From: Dictyostelium discoideum
Lineage: Eukaryota
Length of the DNA: 64,000 nucleotides
Reading direction: 5' to 3'
Assembly (NCBI GenBank): GCA_000004695.1
Contig: CM000151.3
Coordinates: forward strand, 4,640,001 to 4,704,000
Below the pieces are notes generated by a model, which ran no database searches, was not told the DNA's origin, and worked only from the letters and a program-made list of their open reading frames with translations. Positions within the stretch are counted from its first letter, which is position 1; the number at the start of each line of letters is the position of its first letter. This document shows, one piece after another, positions 1 to 13,386 of this stretch. The translations under genes were made by a program, and so were the position numbers.

Positions 1-338
1 TTTTAAGTAAAAAAAAATAAAGAAATAATAAAAATTCTCTTTTTTTAATAAACTATTATTTTTTTTTTCAATTTATAACTTTTTTATAAATTTCTATTTT
101 ATAACTTTTTTATAAATTTCTATTTTATAACTTTTTTTTTTTTTTAAATCTTAAAAAAAAAAAAAAAAAAAAATAATAATAATAAAAGCCAATAATAGTA
201 ATAAAATTTTAAAAAACTAATTACAAAATTTTCATTATCAAATTTTATTTATTTAGTTCATTTTTTTTTTCTGATTTTTTTTTTTTTTTTTTGATTTGAT
301 TTAAATTAATTCGATTTTATTTTTTCAAAAAAATTAAT

Positions 339-379
<41 letters not shown>

Positions 380-399
380 TTGGTTGGAATGCCAAGCTT

Positions 400-970
400 C
401 AGTGGCAGAATGTTCAGTCAACAATCAAACAGTAAATAATACAATTTCAATCATTCATTAAAAATTTATTATTTTATCAAAGCAACAAATTCTGATCAGT
501 GCGACTATATCTTTTGAAATTTATTAGCAGCAGTTGATTATTTTATGGTTGCAACAACTCTAATAGGATGAATTCTAGTAACAAACAGATAATCTACTTG
601 TCGATGGCAAATATTGTTCAACATTCACAACTAATTGATAGAACTGATTCAATAGAAGTTTTATATCAACTCTTGATATTTGCCAATATGTTTGGACCAA
701 TAATAATAACAATGGTAAAGAAGAATCAGATGAGCCAATATTAAAAGTTGGTAATAATGTTTAGGTTCATTCAATACTGGAAAACTTAGAAACCTCCAAT
801 AAAGTGAGTGATGATGGTAATACATCTTTTTGAATTGGTTGTTCGTAACTTGGTAATTTTAATATCTCTATCGATGATGGTAGATCTCCAACATTTAATG
901 GTAGATCGAATTCATATATTATTAATTTTTTAAGATTATTCGGTAGGAGACTATTGTTTAATTTGAAATT
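400..970 (-). pseudogene. Degenerate 3' continuation of FNIP-repeat gene copy 1 (FNIP-like repeats broken by stops and frameshifts)
   Basis: The minus-strand translation past the TAA at 971-973 continues FNIP-like (NFKLNNSLLPNNLKKLIIYEFDLPLNVGDLPSSIEILKLPSYEQPI..., then LPLKLGIPTKF). It matches the C-terminus of copy 3 but carries several stops and frame changes. Confidence 0.4.
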
Positions 971-2337
971 TTATAAAACTGTCAAAGTTAGTTTTATAAT
1001 GGTAGGTGAGAATTCTACACCAGTTAAATCCACTCCAATTGCATTAAGTTCCAATGATTTTAAATTTTCAAAAATATGGAAAGAGTGGCTATCTAATTGG
1101 GTAAAATTATTTGAACCAATTATTTTTAGTTTTTCAATTGTTTTGGGCAATATTCCGATGTCAGAGAATGTAACAATTGATAAATTTGTAATTGTTGGCG
1201 GAAAGACTTTTTGAGTAAAAATGGTTCTGTTTCGACCTAGACCTAAAGTTTTAATTGATATTGGTAATGAATTTGGTTCAAGTTTATAATCGCCCATACG
1301 GAATTTCAACGATGTAACATAGTGTGGAATCATACCTTTTTCAATGGTCCCATTATAATAAAAATCAAACTCCAATGAAGTTGTACCACCTGGTACCGAC
1401 GTTAAGTCAAATTTATATATGTCGTGTTCTTTAAAAAATAAAGAATAATGAAGAGTTGTTACTGATTTTGGTATTGATCCATATTGGATTACTCCTTTGT
1501 ACACTGGAATAAATATTAGTGTTGTAAGTGATGGTGGCATTTCATCTCTATGAATTGAATGTTGAAATGATTTTCCAAAAGTTAAAGATTTTAATGTTCT
1601 TGGTAACCATGGTTCACCTTTTGTGTCACTTAACGATTGATTAAATTCATTACTAAAATTAATGGATGTTAGACTATTACCAATAATGTTACGGGTTAAT
1701 TGTTGATCAAAATAGGTAAATTTAATGGATTTACAAGTATCTGGTATCCAATGATCTACTAGTATAATATCTGAACAATTCATCTCTATCTTTTCTGCAG
1801 TTGATGGCATTGGACAACAATTTGAGATATTTTGTTGGTGGTTGTTATTCTCATCAGAATTCGATATGTTGGAATTATTAAAATAATTTCTATATTTATA
1901 TGTTGAAATATTATGTCCCCCTATATCAATGCTATAAATGATTCTGATTATTATATATTCTAAGATGAAATAAAATTTGATCCCTGATAAATATATTTCC
2001 CCAAACTTTTTTTAAATAATATAATTATTATCAAGTGTTTGATATATTTGTTGATTCGTTCTTACTTTATTAATATCAATTAATTTTAAAATCACAACCT
2101 GATTTAAATTATTGCATTTATTATTACTATTATTGGTGGTATGATTTAAATTATTTTTAATGGTGATATGATGATTTAAATTATTTTTAATGATTATAAG
2201 TATTGAACAATCGAATGCAATTCTTTTATTTCTTTTTGTTAATTGTGTCATTACTATTTTCTGTAATTGAAGGTTTTGATTATTGTTTTTATAATTAATA
2301 CCATTACATTAATCTTGAAGTTGGTTGAATGTAATAT
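971..2337 (-). pseudogene. FNIP-repeat family gene, copy 1 (5'-truncated, nonsense-interrupted)
   Basis: ORF 971..1810 (DHWIPDTCKSI...FNQSLSD...PWLPRTLKSLTFGKSFQHSIHRDE...) is a paralog of the ORFs at 3986..5173 and 5992..7392. The upstream segment 2012..2251 matches the conserved N-terminal region (KRNKRIAFDCSILIIIKNNLNHH). Homology to the other copies stops abruptly at ~2337 where the insertion begins, so no start codon is present. An in-frame TAA at 971-973 interrupts otherwise continuous FNIP sequence. Confidence 0.5.
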
Positions 2338-3195
2338 TTAAATTATTAACATCCAAGCCATGATCGCTTAGAAGGGCTTGTATTAACCCGTTGGCACGAA
2401 TAGCCCGGACAGCAGGACAGCCCTTAAAAAAAATTTTAAAAAAAAAAGGGCTGGTTTCAAGATTTTTTTTTTTTTTTTAAAATAAAAAAGGACCACACAG
2501 GCTTATAAAAAGAATTAATTTGTCATAAAAATTAAATGTAATAAACGTATTAAAAAAATTTTAAAATTTTAAAATGTAATGAATGTATTAAAAAAATTTT
2601 ATAATTTAAAATGTAATAAACGTATTAAATTATTAAAAAGAAATGTATTATTTTAAATAAAAAAATAATAGATATTTAAGTGTTATGAAGGAAGTTTTTT
2701 TTTATTTAAGTTTAATAAATTTAAATTAAAGCATGGAGATTTGTCACATTAATTTTTTATTTTTCGAGAACCTGCCTCTCTCTTTTTGACTCAGACATTT
2801 TTTTTTTTTTTATTTTTTTTTTTTTTTTTGGCTTGAATATTTTGTCGGCAAGCTGCCGAAAGAATTAATGTGATCATTTTTACCGGCCGGTAGTTTTAAT
2901 ATGGGAACCATTAGTTAATATGTATTGTCACTACAGTCTTTTGCGGTGTTTTGTTTAAAGTTGATTCTTTTCAAATATTGGGACTTCCCATATAAAACTA
3001 CCGGCCGGTAAAAATGTCACATTAATTCTTTCGGCAGCTTGCCGACAAAATATTCAAGCCAAAAAAAAAAAAAAAAAATAAAAAAAAAAAATATCTGAGT
3101 CAAAAAATCACATAAAAAAAAAAAATGAGCGAAATTTTTTGACAATCTGGTTTATTAATTCAAATTATTATTTTAATAATAATAATAATAATTTT

Positions 3196-3249
<54 letters not shown>

Positions 3250-3530
3250 CTGAGTCAGTTTTTAAAAAACAAAAAAAAAAAAATTAATGTGACAAATTAT
3301 TAAATAGTTATTTATTGAAATATTTATTTTCGTATGTGCGACTGACTGTGTCTTTTATTTTTGATATTTTCTTTGTATGATTTTGGTTTATTATTTGAAA
3401 TAAATAAATTCATTGGAAGTGCCACCATTTAAATTTTTTTTTTTTTTTTGGGAAAAAACAACATGTGTATTTGGATCCATTTGAAAAGATTGTAAAAAGG
3501 ACTACACAGGCTTATAAAAAGGTTTTTTTT
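2338..3530. mobile_element. Unclassified insertion between FNIP copies, with nested inverted repeats and flanking direct repeats (MITE-like or hairpin element)
   Basis: A GC-rich island lies at 2340-2425 (ccaagccatgatcgcttagaagggcttg...agcccggacagcaggacagccc). Direct repeats aaaaaggacCacacaggcttataaaaag sit at ~2485-2512 and ~3495-3522. Inverted 15-mers atttgtcacattaat / attaatgtgacaaat sit at 2739-2753 and 3283-3297. Inverted tgactcagacat / atctgagtca copies sit at 2786, 3094 and 3246. Tandem 29-bp repeats (aaatgtaataaacgtattaaaaaaatttt, x3) lie at 2535-2630. There is no ORF. The insertion interrupts homology between FNIP copy 1 and the other copies. Confidence 0.4.
2830..3060. repeat. Near-perfect palindrome (two 67-bp inverted arms, 96-bp spacer) with a GC-rich taccggccggta core
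   Basis: The arm at 2830-2897 (ggcttgaatattttgtcggcaagctgccgaaagaattaatgtgatcatttttaccggccggtagtttt) is the reverse complement of the arm at 2994-3060 (aaaactaccggccggtaaaaatgtcacattaattctttcggcagcttgccgacaaaatattcaagcc). The only difference is a single indel. Confidence 0.85.
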
Positions 3531-3739
3531 AAAAAAAATTAAAAAAAAAAAATAAAAACAATAAAAAAAACGATAAAAACATTACAATTTTTTAATTTTT
3601 TGTTAATTAATGTTCTTTTAAATAAAAAAAAATATATAAAAATAAAAAATAAAAAAAATAAAATAAAACAATTACATCAAAACAGTTGTTTTAAAAATTA
3701 ATATTTTTATTTTATATTTTTTTTTTTTTAAAATTGTTC

Positions 3740-5821
3740 ACTTTGTAATAGTTTTACATGTTTGATAAAGAAATGTGTGGGAATGGAATTTATAAAATCT
3801 AAACTATCACCACAGATATAAATAAATTCAAATGAAGGTGGCCATATTAAATCTGGTAATTCTTTACAACCATAACCTGTAAAATAAAATTATTTTAAAT
3901 TTGGTGGCAATGCATCTCTATCCATACTTGAATTGAAAAAATCTGAAACGCCTAATAAAGTGAGTGATAATGGAAATAAATCTTTTTAAATTGGTTGTTT
4001 GTACTGTGGTAGCTTTAATACCTCTATTGATGATGGTAAATCTCCAACATTTAATGGTTGATTAAAATTAAATAATTTTAATTTTTTAAAATTATTTTGT
4101 AAGAGACAATCATTAAATTCCAAATAATCTGAAACTGCTAAAGTTAATCTTGAAATAATATTTGGGAATTTTACATTGGTTAAATCCACCTGTTTTGCAT
4201 CAAAGTTCAATGATGTTAAATTTTTAAGAAAATAAAAAGAGTGGTTATCTAATTGGGAAGGAGGACTAAAATCCATTATTTTTAGTTTTTGAATTGTTTT
4301 CGGTAATATTTTGATATCAGAGAATGTATATACTGATAAATTTGTAATTGCTTGTGGGAAGACATCTCGAGGAAAGTTTTGGTTGCTACCAAGATGTAGA
4401 GTTTTAATTGAGATAGGTAATGAATTTGATTTAATTATACTATTGCAGAAACTGAATTTCAACGATGTAACATTGTGTGAAATCATACCTTTTTCAATGG
4501 TCTGGTCAAAAAAAGAATCAAACTCTAATGATGTTGTACCACCTGGTATCGATGTTGAGTCTAATTTAGCACCACCCTTAGAATCAAAATAATAATGAAG
4601 AGTTGTTACCGATTTTGGTATTGATCCATATTCGATTACTCCTTTATATTTTGGATCCAATATTAATGATGTAAGTGATGGTGGTATTTCGTCTCTATGA
4701 ATTGAATGTTGAAAAGATTTTCCAAAAGTTAAAGATTTTAATGTTCTTGGTAACCATGGTATACCATTTTTGTCACTTAATGATTGATTAAAATCCTTGC
4801 CAAAATCAATGGATGTTAGACTATTACCAATGATATTACGAGTTAATTGTTGATTAAAATGCGAAAATATAATGGATTTACATGTATCTGGTATCCAGTG
4901 GTCTACTAGTATAATATCTGAACATCTCATCTCTATCTTTTCCACAATTTGTGGTATTGGATAACAATTTGAGTTATGTTGGTCGCATAAGCCATTAAAA
5001 CTCAATAACTTGACATTATTAAAATAATTTCTGTATTTATATGTTGAAATATTATTTCTCTTTATTTCAAATGCTATGATTATGATTATTATATATTCTA
5101 AGATGAAATAAAATTTGATCCCTGATAAATATATTTCCCCAAACTTTTTTAAATAATTTATAATTATTATCAATTGTTTGATCTATTTGTTGATTTGTTC
5201 TTATTTTATTATTTAAATCAGGTTGTGGTTTTAAAATCAATTGATTTAAATTATTACTATTATCATTATTTTTAATGGTGATATGATGATTTAAATTATT
5301 TTTAATGATTATAAGTATTGAACAATCGAATGCAATTCTTTTATTTCTATTGTTAATTGTGTCATTACTATTATTGTTATTATCTGTAATTGAATGATTA
5401 TATATAACTTCATCATTAGAATTATTGGTTGTAAATGTGTTTTTTAAATTTTGAATATGATTATTTAGTGTTTGAAATTGCTGATCATTTAATCCTTTTA
5501 AATCATTTAAATGCTTTTTTTCCTCTTCTTCTTGTCTATATAAATATGTTTTTATAAATTAGTATAATAATAAAAATAATAATAAAAATAATATATAAAA
5601 CAATCAAAGTGTGTTAATGCATACAATATTTTTTTTCTTTTTTTTATTTGAAGGTTTTGATTATTGTTTTTGTAATTATTGATACTATTACAATAATCTT
5701 GAAGTTGGTTGAATGTAATGTTTAAATTATTAATTGATAATATTAATAAACAATTTAAAAACTCTTCATTGTTTTTATTATTATAATTATTAATTAAATA
5801 AGAGTAAATTATGTTATCCAT
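3740..5821 (-). pseudogene. FNIP-repeat family gene, copy 2 (frameshifted, with premature stops)
   Basis: Exon 1 runs 5821..5625 (MDNIIYSYLINNYNNKNNEEFLNCLLILSINNLNITFNQ..., donor GTATGC). Exon 2 carries the conserved LFKKVWGNIFIRDQILFHLRIYNN block in one frame, then shifts frame into ORF 3986..5173 (indels relative to copy 3 around NHNHSI*). FNIP homology continues past the TAA at 3986 to ~3740 with two more in-frame stops (KQPI*KDLFPLSLTLLGVSDFFNSSMDRDALPPNLK*FYFTGYGCKELPDLIWPPSFEF). Confidence 0.5.
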
Positions 5822-5991
5822 TTGATATTAAAAAAAAAAAAAAAAAAAAATCTCCAAAAAAAAAAAAAAAAAAAAAAAAAAATATCTCCAAAAAAAAAAA
5901 AAAAAGCTTTTTTTTTTGGGGCAGTGTTTTTTTTTTTTATTTTTAAATTTTTATTTTTAAACTTTAATAACAAGAAAAACATTTTATAATA

Positions 5992-8072
5992 TTATTTTAA
6001 TCTAATATGGTTGGTAAAGAAGTCAAGATCAATTGAATTGATGAAATTAAAGCTGGCTTCTGAGATATAAGCAAATTCAAATGAAGTTGGCCATATTAAA
6101 TTTGGTAATTTTCTAAGTTCACGACCATGAAAATAAAATAATTTTAAATTTGGTGGTAATGCATCTCTTTGTATGGTTGAAATGCAATGATCTTGTAATT
6201 TTAAAACATTGAGTGAAGAAGGTAAATCACCATTTTTTATTGGGTAATCATAATTGGGTAATTTTAAAACTTCAATTGAAGATGGTAAATCACCATTGGC
6301 AATTGGGTGGTTAAATTCTTTAAGTTTTAATTTTTTGAGTGAATTTGGGAAGATTCCATTACTCAATTTTAAATTTGGGCAACTTAATACTATTCTTAAA
6401 AGTGTATTTGGAAAAACCCCTTCTTCTAAAACTGAATCAGATAGTTTTTCAATTTTTAATGATGTTAAATTTCTAAAATTATTAAATGAGATTTTTGATA
6501 AATTAAAAAAACTTGTTATTTTTAAAGATTCTATTGATTTTGGTAAAAAGCAACTATGATAATCACCATAAATTGATAATTTTTTAATATTAGGTGGTAA
6601 GATATTATCACTATCCAATTCAATTGAACCTATTCTTAATGTTTTAATTGATAGAGGTAATGAATTTGGTTCAATTTCAATTTTAGAAATATTATCAATT
6701 TCCAAAGATGTTACATTAATGGGAATCATATCTTTTTTGATTGTTTGATTAAAATAACAACCAATTTTTAATGAGGTTACACCTTTACTAATTGATTTTG
6801 TATCAAAATGATTTTTTCTGATTGTGAAAAATTCATAATGAAGAGTTGTAACTGATTTTGGTATTGATTCATTTAAGATTATTCCTTGATATTCAGAGTC
6901 CAAAAATAGTTCTGTCAATGATTGAGGTAATTCATTTCTTTGAATTGTTTGTTGAAATGATTGACCTAGACTTAAAGTTTTAAGTTTCTTGGGTAACCAT
7001 GGTAATCCATTTGAATCACTCAATGGTTGATTAAATGAATTTCCAAAGAAAATTGTAGTCAAACTATTACTAATTATATTTCTATTTAATTTTTGTTGAT
7101 TAAAGTTATGAAAATAAATTGATTTACATGTATCTGGTATCCAATGATCACCTATTGTAATACTTGAACAATCAACTTCAACTCTTTCAACTCCATATGG
7201 TAATGGATAAAAACGATTTGTTAATGGGGTAAATCCAATTTCGCCATTATTATCCTCAATTATTAATTTAACATTTTTAAAATAATTTCTATATTTATAT
7301 GGTGTAATCTCTTTTATTGGAATCCCATAAAAACCACAATTAAGATTATTATATATTTTAAGATGAAATATAATTTGTTTCCTAATAATCATATTTCCCC
7401 AAACTCTTTTAAATAAATTATAATTTCTTTCAAAGCTGTTTGAATTATTTTTTAATTTATTATTATTATTATTATTTAAAATTTCTTTAGAATTATTAAT
7501 AAAAATACAAGTTTCTTTAAAATTATTATTATTATTATTATTATTAATTGTGATGAGATGATTTAAATTATTTTTAATGATTAAAAGTATTGAACAATCA
7601 AATGCGATTCTTTTATTTCTATTGTTAATTGTTTCATTATTATTATTATCTGTAATTGAATGTTTATATATAATTTCTTCATTGAAAATTTTGCTATAGA
7701 AGATATTTAAAATTTGTGTATGATAATTTACTATTTCAAACTGTTGTTCATTTAATCCTTTAAAATCACATAAAAAATCATTTTTTTCATTTCTATTTAT
7801 AAAACATAATAATAATATTAATTTTTATTAGTGATAAAAATAAAATTTATTATAAGGGTATATATGTATATTTTTTTTTTTATTTATTTAAATATTTATA
7901 CAAACAATAATGTTTTTCTTTTTAAATTATTATTATAACAATAATTTAATAATTCATTAAAAGTTATATTTAAATTATTAATTGATAATATTAATAAACA
8001 ATTTAAAAATTCTTCATCATTGTTACCGCAATCATAATTATTAATTAAGTATGAATAAAAAATACTCTCCAT
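5992..8072 (-). CDS. FNIP-repeat family protein, copy 3, apparently intact (~655 aa). CDS join(8072..7906, 7792..5992).
   Basis: Exon 1 is MESIFYSYLINNYDCGNNDEEFLNCLLILSINNLNITFNELLNYCYNNNLKRKTL (phase-2 donor GTTTGT at 7905). Acceptor is aaatag at 7794-7793. Exon 2 reads through NRNKRIAFDCSILLIIKNNLNH...LFKRVWGNMIIRKQIIFHLKIYNN into ORF 5992..7392. That ORF holds repeated FN(Q/H)P(L/I)..G.LP.SL..L.FG..FNQ units. Confidence 0.6.
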
Positions 8073-8101
8073 TTTGTAATTATTTAGGTTGTGTGATGTT
8101 G

Positions 8102-8134
<33 letters not shown>

Positions 8135-8264
8135 GTTATTAATATTATTAATTATTTTTTATTACCACACAGGGTTTTTTTTTCTCATGTGAAAATATTA
8201 ATAATTAAAAAGGGAACTGTTTAACTTAATTTCAAAAAAAAAAAAAAAAATAGGGTTGACAAAA

Positions 8265-8306
<42 letters not shown>

Positions 8307-8325
8307 AATTCTAAGATTTAATACT

Positions 8326-11179
8326 TTATTTTTTAATATTTGTTACAGAGTTATTGCTATTAGTACTACTACTATTAGTTGATAGTGATGGTGAATTACT
8401 ACCACTGCCACTACTATTATCATCTTCAAACATTTTCACTTTATTTTTAACTAAATTGCTATTATTTAATTCTTCAGGAGTGATTACATGTCTCTTTAAA
8501 TCACTACTACTTGAATTACTATTACTATTAAAAGCAAAACCATCACTAGAACTTGATAATGGTGATGATGATGAACTTGTTGTAAATCGTTTCATTATTG
8601 ATGGTGATGCCCTTCCTGTCATTGTTGGTGAAATATCAACTCCACTTCCACCTCCATTACTGGAACTACTATTACTATTTGTTGTTGTTGTTGTAGAAGA
8701 ATTATTTACAGCAGACATTATTGCACTGTTTGGTCTAAATGAAGAATTTGAACTTGAAATTGAACCAGAACTTCTAAATGATGATTGTCTTGATAAAACT
8801 GGTGATGTTGTGGTTGTTGTTGTGGTTGTTAAGGATGAATTGACTGAATTTGTTAATGGTGAATTTGAAGATGGAGGGGATGATGATAATTTCTTTTCAT
8901 TTAAATTTGTAGCTGATAGTTTTGATTGCATTTGTTTTGGTTGAGATGTTGTATGTTGATTTTGTTTAATCTCTTCCAAAGCTAATAATATTGGTGATAA
9001 TTGTTGTTGAAGATTTATATTGATTTTATTAATAATTGAAGATTCCAATTGTTTAATTTCATTTTTAATATCATTAACAATCTTTTGATTAGAGCTATCA
9101 ATATAAGTGAATAATTTAGTTTCCAATTGTTTAAATTCATTCGTCATACTAATTGAAAATGGTGGTGTAATTGGTAATGGTTTATTTGGTGCAACATGTA
9201 AAAGGTTATTTCCACTTCCACTTTTTCCAATTGTTGATAAATTATTTTTTTTATTTTTCTTTTTATTTGATTTCTTTGTTGACTTATTTTTCTTCTTTCT
9301 AACAACCATTGTACCTGTTGCTGAAATTTCTTCATCTTCATTAATTTCATCATCATCTTCTTCTTCTTCTTCTTCTTCCTCATCATCTTCTTCTTCATCT
9401 TCTTCTTCATCATCTTGATCAGATGTAACACCACCATTACCATTACCACTACCTTTCTTTTTACCATGGAAAATAGTTGTACTAAATGGATCAACATCTT
9501 CATCATCCTCATTTTCATCATCATCATCCTCATCATCTTGTTCATCATCTTGTTCATCCTGATTATTATTTAAATGTTTTGAATCTTCCTCTTCTTCTTG
9601 GAAATCTCTACAAGTTGTATAATTTCCTTTGAAACTTAACATACCTTTGGAAGAGGTTGCTAATTTTAAAGAATTATTACAATTGTCCAATTCATCAGAA
9701 GGTGATGATGGTATTGGTGAAATGATTGAAGTTGATAAACCATCTGAACCAATATCTCCACCATTTACAGTTGCATTTGGTGATTGTGGTGATGATGATG
9801 ATGAAGATTGTGAAGTTTGATGTTTTTGTTGTTTTTTTAAATCATCAATTTTCTTTTTCTTAATTTTAAATAATTGATTAACCAAATCTGATAAAACATC
9901 AGGACCTCTATCTTTTTTAAGGAATGGATGACAAAGTAAATCGATTGGTGACGCTCTTTTCTCTGGATCTTTAACTAAACATCTTGCCAAGAAATCATTT
10001 AATAGAGGTGACCATTTTTTAGGTTCAGCAAATGTTGGAGGTGGCCAATTTGGTACCATTTTCATTGCTCTCATTGGTGGCAAATCAATATGTGGTGGTA
10101 AACCATCTGCCATTTCAATGATGGTGATACCTAATGACCAAATATCAGCTTTATAATCGTAATTCTTTTTTAAGATAACCTCAGGTGCCATCCATAATGG
10201 TGTACCAATCATCTCTTTAGATTGATCCAATGCACCATTTAATTTCTCTGAAACACCGAAATCTGCAATTTTCACATCACATCCTTCACTTAGTAATACA
10301 TTTGCTGCCTTTACATCACGATGAATAATATTTTGACTATGTAAATAAATTAAACCTTTGAGTGTGTTTTTCACAACAAATGAAATTTGTGCCTCGTTTA
10401 ATGTTTTCTCTGTTGATTCAATTATATCTCTAATACTACCTAAAGCACAGAAATCCAATAGAATCCAAATATGGGATTCAGTTTGAAGTGAACCAAAATA
10501 AGAGACGATATTTGGAGATTTACAATTTTTTAAAATATTAATTTCATTTTGAAGTGAAACACTCTCTGATTCTTTCATTTCAATAACTTTAATTGCTAAT
10601 GTAAATCCTAAATCTTTATGTGTACCTTTATAAACTGATCCATATGCACCATCACCTAATTTCTCATCCAATATAAAATCATTATGTCCTGTCCATTTCA
10701 AATCAAAATCAACATGCATCTTATGTATAACATTATATGGTACTGATATTTCTGTATTTATATCAAATGTTGATTTAGTTTTCTTATGTGATTTTTTATT
10801 AGTAGTTGTTGCTGCTGTTGTGTTTGGTGATGATATTGCTAATGATGATGATGATGGTGATGATGTTAATGATGATGTTGTTGATGGTGTTGTTGTTGAT
10901 GATGATAATGATGATTCTTTATGATGATGATGATGTTTAAATATTTCAGGTGTTTTTAAAAACTTTTTCTTTTTCTTTTCTTTTAATGGTTGATCATTTG
11001 ATGGTCTTGGTGAAATTAATCCATTTGGAGAAGTTTCACTCGAACCACCATTTGTAGTTTGAATTTCAACATTTTGTTGAGTTGGTGTACTTGGTAATTG
11101 TGAAATTGATGATTGTAATAATTTTGGTGATGAAATAAATTGTGCAATTTTACGTGTTAATTTTCTTGATTCATGAGTA

Positions 11180-11268
<89 letters not shown>

Positions 11269-11478
11269 ACTTGATGATAAATCTTGATGTTGTTGTTCAC
11301 TCGAATCAATATTTGAATTTAATGTTTGATTTGGTGACATTGAATAAGTTTCTGTAGTTGTATTTGAATCATCAGTACTAATATTACTTGAATGTCTTTG
11401 TAAATTTGGTTGACCACTATTACTTCCACTTGAACTGCTTGAAATAATTGATACTGAACTTTCAGTTCTTGCTAATTG

Positions 11479-11564
<86 letters not shown>

Positions 11565-11856
11565 CACTATTTTCATTATTCAATAATGAAAATTCACCAC
11601 CTTCAATACTGCTACTATTTCTAATTTGATGTGGTGGCGGGGGTGGTGTATAATTTGGTGGTAATTGACTTGGTGAATTAGTGGTTGTATCTTTCACTTC
11701 ATTACTACCACTATTACTTAAATTATTATTACTATTATTACTGGAAAATGAATTTAATAAATTTTGAGTTGATGGTGATTTCATGACTTTTTGGAAAAAT
11801 GATGAGGATTCTTTTTGATTTCCATTGTTGTTATTACTCAATTTTAGATTTGACAT
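8326..11856 (-). CDS. STE20-family (GCK/MST-like) serine/threonine protein kinase with long Asn/Ser-rich flanks
   Basis: Single ORF. Kinase domain: LGDGAYGSVYKGTHKDLGFTLAIKVIEM...HSQNIIHRDVKAANVLL...VKIADFGVS...GTPLWMAPEVI...DIWSLGITIIEMADGLPP. The likely start is MSNLKLSNNNNGNQ at 11856; the track's earlier M lies in a translated poly-A run. Confidence 0.8.
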
Positions 11857-11910
11857 TTTTTTTTTTTGTTTTGTTTTGTTTTTATTTTTTTTTTTGTTTT
11901 GTTTTGTTTT

Positions 11911-11945
<35 letters not shown>

Positions 11946-12342
11946 TCTTTATGTTGTTTTGTGTTGGTATTGGTTTGTTTAGCAATTAATTTTTTGTTTT
12001 TTTTTATTTTTTTTTATTTTTTTTTAATACTTTAACAAAATGATAAAAAAAAATTTATATTGCGGTAATTTTTTACTTTTTTCTTTTTTTTTTTTTCTTT
12101 TTTTTAAAATTCATAACCCACGCAATATTATTCCACAAAACAATACCCACAACTGGATTTTTTAAAATTGATTTACAAATTTGAAGTATAGATTAGAAAA
12201 AAAAAAAAATAAAAATAAAAAAAAAAAATAAAATAAAAATAAAAAAAAATGAAAATAAAAATCTTGTTTTTCAAATAAAAGATTAAAAATTTTCACATAA
12301 ATTGGCCAAATATCCGTCAAATTTACATTTCAACCTTTTTCC

Positions 12343-12377
<35 letters not shown>

Positions 12378-12460
12378 AATTGGAAAAAAAAAAAAAAAAA
12401 AAAAAAAATAGGAAAAAAGGGCAAACCATGGAAAAAAATAAAAAAAAAAAACGTCTTTGT

Positions 12461-12930
12461 TTATCTGAATATTTTATTTATCGGTATTCTTTCATTTAAT
12501 TTAAATTTCTGTTCACCATTATTATTATTATTAATATTATTATTATTATCCAATTCTTTTTCCTGTTCCTTTGGAGAAGACAGATTTTTGACTTGGTGGA
12601 AATAAATTTGTTCGACCCTATTTAAAAATAAATTAATTTCTTTATGTTGTCTATGAATAAGTTTTTGTAGTATTGAAATTAACCAAAAATAATAATCCAA
12701 TCCATTTACACTCCTATTAATTGATTTAGCATTTCTAATATTTCTAACTTTTGGTAATAAAATTGTTGGGTCAGCAGATGATGATGATGATGATGATGAT
12801 GATGATAATGATGATTTTTTAGATTTTGAAGGTGTTGAAACCTTTGTTGTCGATTTTTTAACTTTTAATATTATTTTTTCATTTAAAGTTCCTTCATCAT
12901 CCTTAATTATATTATTAATAGCATTACCAA

Positions 12931-12988
<58 letters not shown>

Positions 12989-13355
12989 TAAATTTTGATA
13001 TTTATCACTCAAACTATCATATTTTGAATGAATTTGGTCAGTGATTAATCTTCTAATTGAAGAAGGTTTTAATTTAGGTATACCTTTAAAATCTTGAATA
13101 TTTAAACTCCATGTATCTTGTTTTGATAAAAATTCATTCTTTGGTAAATTATAAATAACACCATATAACCAATTCTCAAGCTCCATCTTTTCAACCTCCT
13201 CTTTAATTCTTTCTTCACTAATACCACTATTTTCACTATTTTCACTATTAAAATTATTATTATTTATTAATTTTTTTAAAAATTCTAATCTTTCAATTGA
13301 ATTTTCTTTATTATAATTTTTATCAATATTATTAATATCATATTCATTATTAATT

Positions 13356-13386
<31 letters not shown>

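Noticed and set aside
2340-2425. GC-rich segment that superficially resembles an snRNA (ccatgatcgc... is like U1's ccatgatcacgaagg)
   Set aside because: The similarity is limited to ~10 nt. There is no 5' splice-site-recognition sequence, Sm site or snRNA-like secondary structure. It is more likely the head of the inserted element.
8354-8944. Antisense ORFs inside real genes (8354..8944, 9107..9418, 33059..33394, 36591..36821, 39371..39804, 42810..43004, 43452..43730, 26478..26837)
   Set aside because: They lie opposite well-supported CDSs. The peptides are low-complexity mirror images of the sense repeats (poly-L/V/S).
12140-12160. DUSE-like motif (tACCCACAAct) that in this genome precedes snRNA and class I ncRNA genes
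   Set aside because: Nothing RNA-like lies ~60 nt downstream, and no conserved class I 3' motif (ccttacagcaa) is present. The motif is too short to call alone.
12302-12499. ORFs made of poly-K, poly-F or poly-N (e.g. 12302..12499, 14445..14738, 14832..15050, 17842..18108, 48065..48310, 54204..54430)
   Set aside because: They are translations of poly(A)/poly(T) or AAT tracts in intergenic DNA. There is no codon structure or conserved motif.
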